This document shows positions 23,622 through 36,077 of a stretch of DNA of 64,000 bases, piece after piece (the first letter of the stretch is position 1; the number at the start of each line of letters is the position of its first letter). The notes beneath the pieces were generated by a model. That model saw only the letters and a program-made list of their open reading frames with translations, was not told the origin of the DNA and ran no database searches. The translations under genes and the position numbers were made by a program. This DNA comes from Anthoceros angustus (Eukaryota > Plantae > Anthocerotophyta): assembly GCA_010909165.1 (NCBI GenBank), contig MU008156.1:744001-808000 (forward strand), written 5' to 3'.

Positions 23622-26600
23622 ATGAGCACGATGGAGAAGACTTCAAAAGCCGCGGTGTTAGAGGAGACTACAAGACCCACCGTAGTGGAGGAGACTCAGC
23701 ACCCACGATGGTGGAGAGACTCTAGCGCCCATGGTGGTGGAGGAGTCAACAGGACCCAAGGTGATGGCGGAGGAGGAGACTGCAAGAGCCATGGCGGTGG
23801 CCGAGCTCAAGACTCTAGCATCCACCGTGGGGAAGAGGAGGAGACTAGTACAACAAGAGCCTGCATGGTGGAGAAGGAGGAGCATACTACAGAGCCACAG
23901 TCATGGTGGAGGCGGAGGAGACTCCAGCAGAGCCATGGTGGAGGAGGAGGAGCATCTGCAAGAGCCATAGTCATGGTGGAGGAGGAGGAGCATCTGCAGG
24001 AGCCACGGTCATGTTGGAGGCAGAGAGACTCCAACAGCAGCCACGGTGGTGGTGGAGGAGGAGGAGCATCGCACGAGCCATAGTCATGGTGGAGGAGGAG
24101 GAGACTACAAGAGCTACGGTGGAGGAGGAGGAGCATATTGCAGCACCCACGGTCATGTTGAGGCAGGAGGAGACTGCAAGAGCCACATGGTGGAGGAGGA
24201 GGGGCATATCGCACGAGCCATAGTCATGGTGGAGGAGGAGGAGACTACAAGAGCTACGGTGGAGGAGGAGGAGCATATTGCAGCACCACGGTCATGTTGG
24301 AGGCAGAGGAGACTCCAGCAGCAGCCACGGAGGAGGAGGAGACTACAAGAGCTACGGTGGTGGACGATGAGGAAACTATAAGAACCAGTGCGGTGACAAT
24401 GAGCATACTACAAGAGCCCCGGAGAAGAGGAGGAGCATATTGAAGGAGCCACGGTCATGGTGGAGGATGAGGAGACTGCAGGCCACGATGGATGGGGAGG
24501 AGACTAGAAGAGCCATGGTGGAGGATGAGGAGACTACAAGAGCCACGGTGGAGGAGGAGGGGCATATCGCACGAGCCACTCGTGGTGGAGGATGAGCATC
24601 GCAGTGCAGCCACGGTGGAGGAGGAGGAGACTACAAGACCCACATTGCATGTGGAGGACGAGCATATTGCAGCGACCACGCTCATGGTGGAGGATGAGGA
24701 AACTACAGGAGCCAAGATGGAGGAGGAGGAGACTACACGAGCCACGGTGGTGGAGGAGACTGCAGTGCTACCCACACGCGTGGTGAAGGAGGAGGAGACT
24801 ACAGGAGCCAGTGGCGGAGGAGACTCCAGACTACCCAAGATGGTGGAAGAGGAGCATACCACAGGAGCCACGTAATGGTGGACGAGGAGAATATTACGCT
24901 ACGGTGATGGAGGAAGAGGAGGAGACTCCAAGCAGCCACAATGGTCAAGAAGGAGGAGGAGACCCTAGTAGAAACCACGGTGGTGGTGGAGGAGGTGGAG
25001 ACTCCAACATGCGCTGACCGACGGTGGTGGAGGATGAGGAGGAGTCTCAAACAACATCAACGGTGATGGAGGAGGAGGAGACTCTAGCGGCCGTGACGCT
25101 GGTGGATCGAAGGAGGAGACTCTAGCAGATCCATGGTGTTGGAGGATCGTGAAGAGGCGCATGTTTCAGAGCCACGGCGAAGGTGGATATTTCATACGTA
25201 ATCTACAACGGAGAGTAGCTCAAAATTAGGGCCCATGATAGAGGAGACTCTAGAATTAGAATCGACGGTGGTGGAGGAGACTCTAGAATCCATGCATATG
25301 GCGAAGAGTCCAAAATCGACTCCATGGCGAGGAGAGTCCGGAATCAAAATCCACGGTGGAGGAGACTCCAAAACCAAAATCCACTAAGGATACAAAATGT
25401 ATTTTGTCAAATATCCAAAGCCTCTTGAAAGTTCATACAATGGAAAAATTGCATCAAAGGAGCTTGAAGTGAAGTGGTATCTGTGAGTGCGAGATGTTTT
25501 ACATGCTGGAGTTGTATTCAAAAGGTATGAGAAGGACAACGTGCTCACTATGTTGAAAGTACTGCAACTAGCTCAACTCATGAGTTAGACCTTGCTAAAC
25601 TACAAAGACAAAAACTAGCTTAGAACAAGAGATAAAACAAATTTCAACAAGAAAGGAATTAGAAATGAAAAGCAACAGAAGCATATCAAGAGCTCCAAGC
25701 ATTGCCGTGGAGAAGAATGCGAGCATGAAGCATACAATGAAAATCGCAAAGGGATCAAATATTATGTTATTGGCAAAAGAAAAGGACAAGGCTGCACTTG
25801 AGGTGGAATGTAAAAAGCAAGTCGAAACATTTTTTCCTTGTGGAATGCTAGTAGCTCAACATTTCAAATCATTATATTTGTGCGAATGAGTTGAGAACAT
25901 TGTATCGACTAGCAATCGCAGACGGAAGAACACTATCGGATGAAGAGTTGTTATCTTTGAAATTTGAAATACCGGAAGATCCACCTGCTTCCCGGACCAT
26001 CAATGTATAAAAATATTGATGATCTGATTTCAATAGGCTTAAAAATGTTGCACAAGAAGAAAATTATGGACCATGCATCCACCGCATTGCCCAAGAAGGA
26101 CTACGGGCATCCACCGCATTGCCCAAGAAGGGATTACAGTATCCACCACATTGCCCAAAAGGACAACAGCATCAACGACATTGACTAGAAAGGGACTACA
26201 AACATCCACAATTGAAAGTATACAGTGCATCCACGCACCGCCATTGCAAGAAGGACTACAGGTGCATCCATAGTTGAAAGTGTACAGGCTCCATCCACGG
26301 CCGCCATTGCCCAAAGAGGGACTACAGGCATCCAGCTGAAAGTATACAGTGCATCCACAGCCCGCCATTGCCCAAAGAGGGACTACAGGCATCCACAACT
26401 AAAAGTATACAGGCTCCATCCACATCTCCGCCATTGCCCAAAGAGGGACCTGCATCCACTAAAAGTACACATGCTCCATCCACAGCCCGCCATTGCCCAA
26501 AGAGGGACTACAAGCATCCACGCTTGAAAGTATACAGCATCCACCGCATTGCCCAAAAGGGACTATGTGCATCTATGTTATTGATTGGAAAGGGACTACA

Positions 26601-27315
26601 GGCATCCACGCCACCATTGCCGGCCCAAGAAGGTCTGAGCATCCACGACAATTCCGCGGAGGAGCTAGACATCCACGACACCACTTAGGTTGACTCGCAT
26701 GGAGAAGCAAAACAAAAAGTCACAAAAGAGCAAAAGTCTATCGATCAACATGGAAAGAAAAGATATGATTACAACTCGAATGCCAATATTTTTCGTGCTT
26801 AGAAGTTGATGATGGTTGCGAAATGGATGGCATGTCATCAATTCCAAAGCCGGAGGTTGTGAGAAAAAACAACTCATGGGGTCTCAAAGGCCCATGTTGA
26901 CAAAGCAAATTCGTGTTTTGGATGCTGATCGGTAAAAATGCAATAATTCACTAGCCTTGAAGATATCAATGCCTATTGGGGACGAAGATACATTTTTGAT
27001 AAGGACTCTCAAAAGAACTTCAATGCAATTCTGTGCCAACCATTTCCATGACACATGTCTACTTCCTAATGAAGACCCTTTGAATGCCATGCATTCTAGA
27101 GCAATAGCAAGGCCTCATAAGGCAAGTGGTCACAAGGCTTCAAAGAAAAAGGAGAGTTGCTGGTCCGGATCAAGAAAAACAGTCTTCATATGCATGTTTT
27201 GGTCCCGATCAAGAAAAAGTCTTCATATGCATGTTTTGGAGCACGTGGTTGGATTTTCCTAGCTATTTTTATTGTTATTGGTGTGATGATTGCCTATATG
27301 TGCTTTTCACGTTAA
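23622..27315 (+). CDS. Array unit 1: PPI (proton pump interactor)-like repeat protein; frameshifted in this assembly (gene or pseudogene)
   Basis: Glu/Thr-rich repeats (~23620-25190); PPI-like block YKMYFVKYPKP...KQKAYQELQ...NENRK...LAKEKDKAALE...QVETFFSLWN...RL..DGRTL.DEE (~25390-25960, restored across homopolymer indels); PPLPKEGLQAST repeats (~26070-26680); hydrophobic tail ending IVIGVMIAYMCFSR-stop. Confidence 0.65.
23650..25190 (+). repeat. Purine-rich minisatellite of ~30-36 bp units (representative copy; present in every unit)
   Basis: Core atggtggaggaggaggagactacaagagc(t/c)acg, translating as (M)VEEEETTRAT / VEEEEHIAAPT. Confidence 0.92.
26070..26680 (+). repeat. Minisatellite of ~33-bp and ~63-66 bp units (representative copy; present in every unit)
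   Basis: Core ccgccattgcccaaagagggactacaggcatccaca..(t)gaaagtataca, translating as PPLPKEGLQAST.ESIQAPST. Confidence 0.92.
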
Positions 27316-28388
27316 GTTTTTCGAATGACTCAAGCAAGTTTATTTTTGTAGTACGGTGTCGCTATGATGTAAGCAAGTTCACTTGAAAAATACTCCCTAT
27401 GTTCTCAAATTTTTAATTTTATTTTCATCAAGAGATGAGTTTTTTCATATCTTTGTCTTATTACAAATTCCATGTATTGCTCTGCTTAGTATGGTGCTAG
27501 TTTGTTTGAACAACTTAGATGGTTGGGGGATCGGGAGGAGGGTACGCAGAACCATCGAGCTATGCTACCTCCCATAGCATCGATCCCACGTATTGTCGTT
27601 GTCTAGTATATCCTACATATGGCACTGTCTAGTAGAATTCTTAACATGCGATTTTGTTACAAGCATGCCTTCACATGTAAAGACCATCAAGTAGTAGATC
27701 CCTCCAAAAGGAAACCTTGTACTTCTAAGTCCATCAAATACTAAGCCCATCCAAGAAAACCAATACCACCAATATGACCAGTTCACTGGTTTATCATAGA
27801 ATAATCTTCCAATCCATACATTCTTATTAAATTTGAGCATACATTTCACTTACCTTAAGCTCCAAAGCTAGCCTTTTCTATAAGCCGCAGACTTGCCATA
27901 ATTGCACTGATTGCTAATTTTGGGACTCCTTACAACGACACATGTATGGACTACCCTATAGGCAACATTCTCTATAAATTACATAGTAATATATATAAGC
28001 GTGTTTCCAAGCATATAACTACTTCTATAAGCATGACTTGTTAATGTATATAGTTCTTAGTTTACCTCATTTTATTTTCTTATTGTATTTCAACGGTTCT
28101 TATTTCTAGCTTTATACAACTATTTTAGGGATGGTTCTAAGTTAGGAAGTTCATACCCTATATGAGGATATAGGCTAGTACAAAGTCAAAGCAGACTACA
28201 TACTCCAAGAAAAAATCTCGATAGTTCACACTATTGTGCTATATGTAAATACAACATTTGATTGAGCTCAAGAAGCTTTATGAGTTACTTGAGTTTTTCG
28301 AATCAAAATTATTCGCCTTCTGGTCAAATCTCCCTTGTACGTAAATCAAACTTGTGACCTAGTTGCCTAACTGCCGTGGGGCATCAAG

Positions 28389-31300
28389 ATGAGCACGATG
28401 GAGAAGACTTCAAAAGCAGCGGTGTTAGAGGAGACTACAAAGACCCACCGTAGTGGAGGAGACTCTAGCACCCACGATGGTGGAGAGACTCTAGCGCCCA
28501 TGGTGGTGGAGGAGTCAGGACCCAAGGTGATGGCGGAGGAGGCGCAAGAGCCATGGCGGTGGCCGAGCTCAAGACTCTAGCATCCACTGGGGGAAGAGGA
28601 GGAGACTAGTACAACAAGAGCCTGCATGGTGGAGAAGGAGGAGCATACTACAGAGCCATAGTCATGGTGGAGGCGGAGGAGACTCAGCAGCCAGTGGAGG
28701 AGGAGGAGGAGGAGACTACAAGAGCCATAGTCATGGTGGAGGAGGAGGAGCATACTACAGAGCCACGGTCATGTTGGAGGCAGAGGAGACTACAAGAGCC
28801 TGCATGGTGGAGGAGGAGGAGCGTCGCACGAGCCATAGTCATGGTGGAGGAGGAGGAGACTACAAGAGCTACGGTGGAGGAGGAGGAGCATATTGCACCA
28901 CGGCCATGTTGGAGGCAGAGGAGACTCCAGCAGCCAGTGGAGGAGGAGGAGCATCGCGAGCCATAGTCATGGTGGAGGAGGAGGAGACTACAAGAGCTAC
29001 GGTGGAGGAGGAGCATATTGCAGCACCCACGGCCATGTTGGAGGCAGAGGAGACTCCAGCAGCCAGTGGAGGAGGAGGAGACTACAAGAGCCACGGTGGT
29101 GGGCGATGAGGAAACTATAAGAACCAGTGCAGACAATGAGCATACTACAAGAGCCCGGAGAAGAGGAGGAGCATATTGAAGGAGCCACGGTCATGGTGTG
29201 GAGGATGAGGAGACTGCAGGCCACGATGGATGGGGAGGAGACTAGAAGAGCCATGGCGGTGGCCGAGCTCAAGACTCTAGCATCCACTGGGGGAAGAGGA
29301 GGAGACTAGTACAACAAGAGCTGCATGGTGGAGAAGGAGGAGCATACTACAGAGCCACGGTCATGGTGGAGGCGGAGGAGACTACAGAGCCACAGTGGAG
29401 GAGGAGGAGCACTGCAAGAGCCATAGTCATGGTGGAGGAGGAGGAGCATACTGCAGCCACGTCATGTTGGAGGCAGAGGAGACTCCAAGCAGCCACGTGG
29501 AGGAGGAGCGATCGCACGAGCCATAGTCATGGTGGAGGAGGAGGAGACTACAAGAGCTACGGTGGAGGAGGAGGAGCATATTGCAGCACCCACGGTCATG
29601 TTGGAGGCAGAGGAGACTCCAGCAGCCACAGTGGAGGAGGAGGAGCATACGCACGAGCCATAGTCATGGTGGAGGAGGAGGAGACTACAAGAGCTACGGA
29701 GGAGGAGGAGCATATTGCAGCCACGGTCATGTTGGAGGCGAGAGGAGACTCAGCAGCAGCCACAGTGGAGGAGGAGGAGACTACAAGAGCCACGGTGGTG
29801 GAGGATGAGGAAACTATAAGAACCACAGTGCAGACAATGAGCATACTACAAGAGCCCGGAGAAGAGGAGGAGCATATTGAAGGAGCCACGCCATGGTGGA
29901 GGATGAGGAGACTGCAGGCCACGATGGATGGGGAGGAGACTACAAGACCCACATTGCATGTGGAGGATGAGGAGACTACAAGAGCCACGGTGGAGGAGGA
30001 GGGGCATATCGCACGAGCCACGGCCGTGGTGGAGGATGAGCGATCGCAGTGCAGCCACAGTGGAGGAGGAGGAGACAAGACCCACATTGCATGTGGAGGA
30101 CGAGCATATTGCGACCACGCTCATGGTGGAGGATGAGGAAACTACAGGAGCCAAGATGGAGGAGGAGGAGACTACACGAGCCACGGTGGTGGAGGAGACT
30201 GCTACCCACACGCGTGGTGAAGGAGGAGGAGACTACAGAGCCACGGTGGCGGAGGAGACTCAGACTACCCAAGATGGTGGAAGAGGAGCATACTACAGGA
30301 GCCACGTAATGGTGGACGAGGAGAATATTACGCTTCGGTGATGGAGGAAGAGGAGGAGACTCAACAAGAGCCACAATGGTCAAGAAGGAGGAGGAGACCT
30401 AGTAGAAACCACGGTGGTGGTGGAGGAGGTGGAGACTCAACATGCGCTGCACACGGTGGTGGAGGATGAGGAGGAGTCTCAAACAACATCAACGTGGTGA
30501 TTACGGAGGAGGAGACTCTAGCGGCCGTGACGCTGGTGGATCCAAGGAGGAGACTCTAGCGATCCATGGTGTTGGAGGATCGTGAAGAGGCGATGTTTGT
30601 GGAGCCACGGCAAGGTGGATATTTCATATCTGAGAATCTACAACGGAGAGTAGCTCAAAATTAGGGCCCATGATAGAGGAGACTCTAGAATTAGAATCGA
30701 TGGAGGAGACTCTAGAATCCATGCATATGGCGGCGAAGAGTCCAAAATCAGACTCCATGGCGAGGAGAGTCCGGAATCAAAATCCACGGTGGAGGAGACT
30801 CCAAAACCAAAATCCACAGAAGGATACAAAATGTATTTTGTCAAATATCCAAAGCCTCTTGAAAGTTCATACAATGGAAAAATTGCATCAAAGGAGCTTG
30901 AAGTGAAGTGGTGGAGTGCGAGATGTTTTACATGCCGGAGTTGTATTCAAAAGGTATGAGAAGGACAACGTGCTCACTATGTTGAAAAGCACTGCAACTA
31001 GCTCAACTCATGAGTTAGACCTTGCTAAACTACAAAGACAAAAACTAGCTTAGAACAAGAGATAAAACAGCCTTCAACAAGAAGGGAATTAGAAAATGAA
31101 AAGCAGAAAGCATATCAAGAGCTCCAAGCATTGCATGTGGAGAAGAATGCGAGCATGAAGCATACAATGAAAATCGCAAAGGGATCAAATATTATGTTAT
31201 TGGCAAAAGAAAAGGACAAGGTGCACTTGAGGTGGAATGTAAAAGCAAGTCGAAACATTTTTTCCTTGTGGAATGCTAGTAGCTCAACATTTCAAATCGT

Positions 31301-34300
31301 TATATTTGTGCGAATGAGTTGAGAACATTATCGACTAGGCAATCGCAGACTAAGAACACTATCGGATGAAGAGTTGTTATCTTTGAAATTTGAAATACCA
31401 AGATCCACAGTGCTTCCGGACCATCAATGTATAAAAATATTGATGATCTGATTTCAATAGGCTTAAAAATGTTGCACAAGAAGAAAATTATGGACTGCAT
31501 CCACCGCATTGCCCAAGAAGGACTACAGCATCCACCGCATTGCCCAAGAAGGGATTACAGGCATCCACCACATTGCCCAAAAGGACAACAGCATCAACGA
31601 CATTGACTAGAAAGGGACTACAAACATCCACAATTGAAAGTATACAGTCGCATCCACGCACCGCCATTGCCCAAGAAGGACTACATGCATCCATAGTTGA
31701 AAGTATACAGCTCCATCCACGGCACCGCCATTGCCCAAAGAGGGACTAAGGCATCCACAGCTGAAAGTATACAAGTGCATCCACAGCCCGCCATTGCCCA
31801 AAGAGGGACCAGGCATCCACCTAAAAGTATATGTGCTCCATCCACATCTCCGCCATTGCCCAAAGAGGGACTACAGCATCCACAACTAAAAGTACACATG
31901 CTCCATCCACGCCCGCCATTGCCCAAAGAGGGACTACAAGCATCCACAGCTTGAAAGTATACAGCATCCACCGCATTGCCCCAAAAGGGACTATGTGCAT
32001 CTATGTTATTGATTGGAAAGGGACTACAGGCATCCACAGGCCACCATTGCCGGCGCCCAAGAAGGTCTGGTGCATCCACGACAATTCCCGGAGGAGCTAC
32101 AGACATCCACGACACCACTTAGGTTGACTCGCATGGAGAAGCAAAACAAAAAGTCACAAAGAGCAAAAGTCTATCGATCAACATGGAAAGAAAAGATATG
32201 ATTACAACTCGAATGCCAATATTTTTCGTGCTTAGAAGTTGATGATGGTTGCGAAATGGATGGCATGTCATCAATTCCAAAGTCGGGAGGTTGTGAGAAA
32301 AACAACTCATGGGGTCTCAAAGGCCCATGTTGACAAAGCAAATTCGTGTTTTGGATGCTGATGGTAAAATGCAATAATTCACTAGCCTTGAAGATATCAA
32401 TGCCTATTGGGGACGAAGATACATTTTTGATAAGGACTCTCAAAAGAACTTCAATGCAATTCTGGTGCCAACCATTTCCATGACACATGTCTACTTCCTA
32501 ATGAAGACCTTTGAATGCCATGCATTCTAGAGCAATAGCAAGGCCTCATAAGGCAAGTGGTCACAAGGCTTCAAAGAAAAGGACAACAGCATCAACGACA
32601 TTGACTAGAAAGGGACTACAAACATCCACAATTGAAAGTATACAGTGCATCCACAGCCCGCCATTGCAAGAAGGACTACAGTGCATCCATAGTTGAAAGT
32701 GTACAGGCTCCATCCACGCGCCGCCATTGCCCAAAGAGGGACTACAGGCATCCGCAGCTGAAAGTATACAAGCATCCACAGCCCGCCGCCATTGCCCAAA
32801 GAGGGACTACAGGCATCCACGCCTAAAAGTATACAGGCTCCATCCACATCTCCGCCATTGCCCAAAGAGGGACTGAGGCATCCACAACTAAAAGTACACA
32901 TGCTCCATCCACGCCCGCCATTGCCCAAAGAGGGACTACAAGCATCCACAGCTTGAAAGTATACAGGCATCCACCGCATTGCCCCAAAAGGGACTACATG
33001 TGCATCTATGTTATTGATTGGAAAGGGACTACAGCATCCACAGGCCACCATTGCCGGCGCCCAAGAAGGTCTACAGCATCCACGACAATTCCCGGAGGAG
33101 CTACAGACATCCACGACACCACTTAGGTTGACTCGCATGGAGAAGCAAAACAAAAAGTCACAAAGAGCAAAAGTCTATCGATCAACATGGAAAGAAAAGA
33201 TATGATTACAACTCGAATGCCAATATTTTTCGTGCTTAGAAGTTGATGATGGTTGCGAAATGGATGGCATGTCATCAATTCCAAAGTCGGGAGGTTGTGA
33301 GAAAAACAACTCATGGGGTCTCAAAGGCCCATGTTGACAAAGCAAATTCGTGTTTTGGATGCTGATGGTAAAATGCAATAATTCACTAGCCTTGAAGATA
33401 TCAATGCCTATTGGGGACGAAGATACATTTTTGATAAGGACTCTCAAAAGAACTTCAATGCAATTCTGGTGCCAACCATTTCCATGACACATGTCTACTT
33501 CCTAATGAAGACCTTTGAATGCCATGCATTCTAGAGCAATAGCAAGGCCTCATAAGGCAAGTGGTCACAAGGCTTCAAAGAAAAAGGGACAACAGCATCA
33601 ACGACATTGACTAGAAAGGGACTACAAACATCCACAATTGAAAGTATACAGTGCATCCACAGCCCGCCATTGCAAGAAGGACTACAGTGCATCCATAGTT
33701 GAAAGTGTACAGGCTCCATCCACGGCGCCGCCATTGCCCAAAGAGGGACTACAGGCATCCGCAGTTGAAAGTATACAAGCTGCATCCACAGCTCTGCCAT
33801 TGCCCAAAGAGGGACTACAGGCATCCACAGCTAAAAGTATACAGGCTCCATCCACATCTCCGCCATTGCCCAAAGAGGGACTACAGGCATCCACAACTAA
33901 AAGTACACATGCTCCATCCAGCCCGCCATTGCCCAAAGAGGGACTACAAGCATCCACAGCTTGAAAGTATACAGGCATCCACCGCATTGCCCCAAAAGGG
34001 ACTACATGTGCATCTATGTTATTGATTGGAAAGGGACTACAGCATCCACAGGCCACCATTGCCGGCGCCCAAAGAAGGTCTACAGCATCCACGACAATTC
34101 CCGGAGGAGCTACAGACATCCACGACACCACTTAGGTTGACTCGCATGGAGAAGCAAAACAAAAAGTCACAAAGAGCAAAAGTCTATCGATCAACATGGA
34201 AAGAAAAGATATGATTACAACTCGAATGCCAATATTTTTCGTGCTTAGAAGTTGATGATGGTTGCGAAATGGATGGCATGTCATCAATTCCAAAGTCGGG

Positions 34301-34762
34301 AGGTTGTGAGAAAAAACAACTCATGGGGTCTCAAAGGCCCATGTTGACAAAGCAAATTCGTGTTTTGGATGCTGATCGGGTAAAATGCAATAATTCACTA
34401 GCCTTGAAGATATCAATGCCTATTGGGGACGAAGATACATTTTTGATAAGGACTCTCAAAAGAACTTCAATGCAATTCTGGTGCCAACCATTTCCATGAC
34501 ACATGTCTACTTCCTAATGAAGACCTTTGAATGCCATGCATTCTAGAGCAATAGCAAGGCCTCATAAGGCAAGTGGTCACAAGGCTTCAAAGAAAAAGGA
34601 GAGTTGCGCTGGTCCGGATCAAGAAAAAGTCTTCATATGCATGTTTTGGTCCCGATCAAGAAAAAGTCTTCATATGCATGTTTTGGAGCACGTGGTTGGA
34701 TTTTCCTAGCTATTTTTATTGTTATTGGTGTGATGATTGCCTATATGTGCTTTTCACGTTAA
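28389..34762 (+). CDS. Array unit 2: PPI-like repeat protein with a duplicated acidic block and a triplicated Pro-rich/C-terminal segment; frameshifted
   Basis: Same blocks as unit 1, with jumps back at about 29250, 32580 and 33585. Confidence 0.5.
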
Positions 34763-36077
34763 GTTTTCGAATGACTCAAGCAAGTTTATTTTTGTAGTAC
34801 TGTCGCTATGATGTAAGCAAGTTCACTTGAAAAATACTCCCTATGTTCTCAAATTTTTAATTTTATTTTCATCAAGAGATGAGTTTTTTCATATCTTTGT
34901 CTTATTACAAATTCCATGTATTGCTCTGCTTAGTATGGTGCTAGTTTGTTTGAACAACTTAGATGGTTGGGGGATCGGGAGGGAGGGTACGCAAGAACCA
35001 TCGAGCTATGCTACCTCCCATAGCATCGATCCCACGTGTATTGTCGCTATGATGTAAGCAAGTTCACTTGAAAAATACTCCCTATGTTCTCAAATTTTTA
35101 ATTTTATTTTCAATCAAGAGATGAGTTTTTTCATATCTTTGTCTTATTACAAATTCCATGTATTGCTCTGTTTAGTATGGTGCTAGTTTGTTTGAACAAC
35201 TTAGATGGTTGGGGGATCGGGAGGGAGGGTACGCAAGAACCATCGAGCCATGCTACCTCCATAGCATCGATCCCACGTGTATTGTCGCTGTTCAGTATAT
35301 CCTACATATGGCACCGGTGTCAGTAGAATTCTTAACATGCAAGATTTTGTTACAAGCATGCCTTCACATGTAAAGACCATCAAGTAGTAGATCCCTCCAA
35401 AAGGAAACCTTGTACTTCTAAGTCCATCAAATACTAAGCCCATCCAAGAAAACCAATACCACCAATATGACCAGTTCACTGGTTTATCATAGAATAATCT
35501 TCCAATCCATACATTCTTATTAAATTTGAGCATACATTTCACTTACCTTAAGCTCCAAAGCTAGCCTTTTCTATAAGCCGCAGACTTGCCATAATTGCAT
35601 TGCTAATTTTGGGACTCCTTACAACGACACATGTATGGACTACCCCTATAGGCAACATTCTCTATAAATTACATAGTAATATATATAAGCGTGTTTCCAA
35701 GCATATAACTACTTCTATAAGCATGACTTGTTAATGTATATAGTTCTTAGTTTACCTCATTTTATTTTCTTATTGTATTTCAACGTTCTTATTTCTAGCT
35801 TTATACAACTATTTTAGGGATGGTTCTAAGTTAGGAAGTTCATACCCTATATGAGGATATAGGCTAGTACAAAGTCAAAGCGACTACATACTCCAAGAAA
35901 AATCTCGATAGTTCACACTATTGTGCTATATATGTAAATACAACATTTGATTGAGCTCAAGAAGCTTTATGAGTTACTTGAGTTTTTTCGAATCAAAATT
36001 ATTCGCCTTACGGTCAAATCTCCCTTGTCGTAAATCAAACTTGTGACCTAGTTGCCTAAATCGTGTGGGGCATCAAG

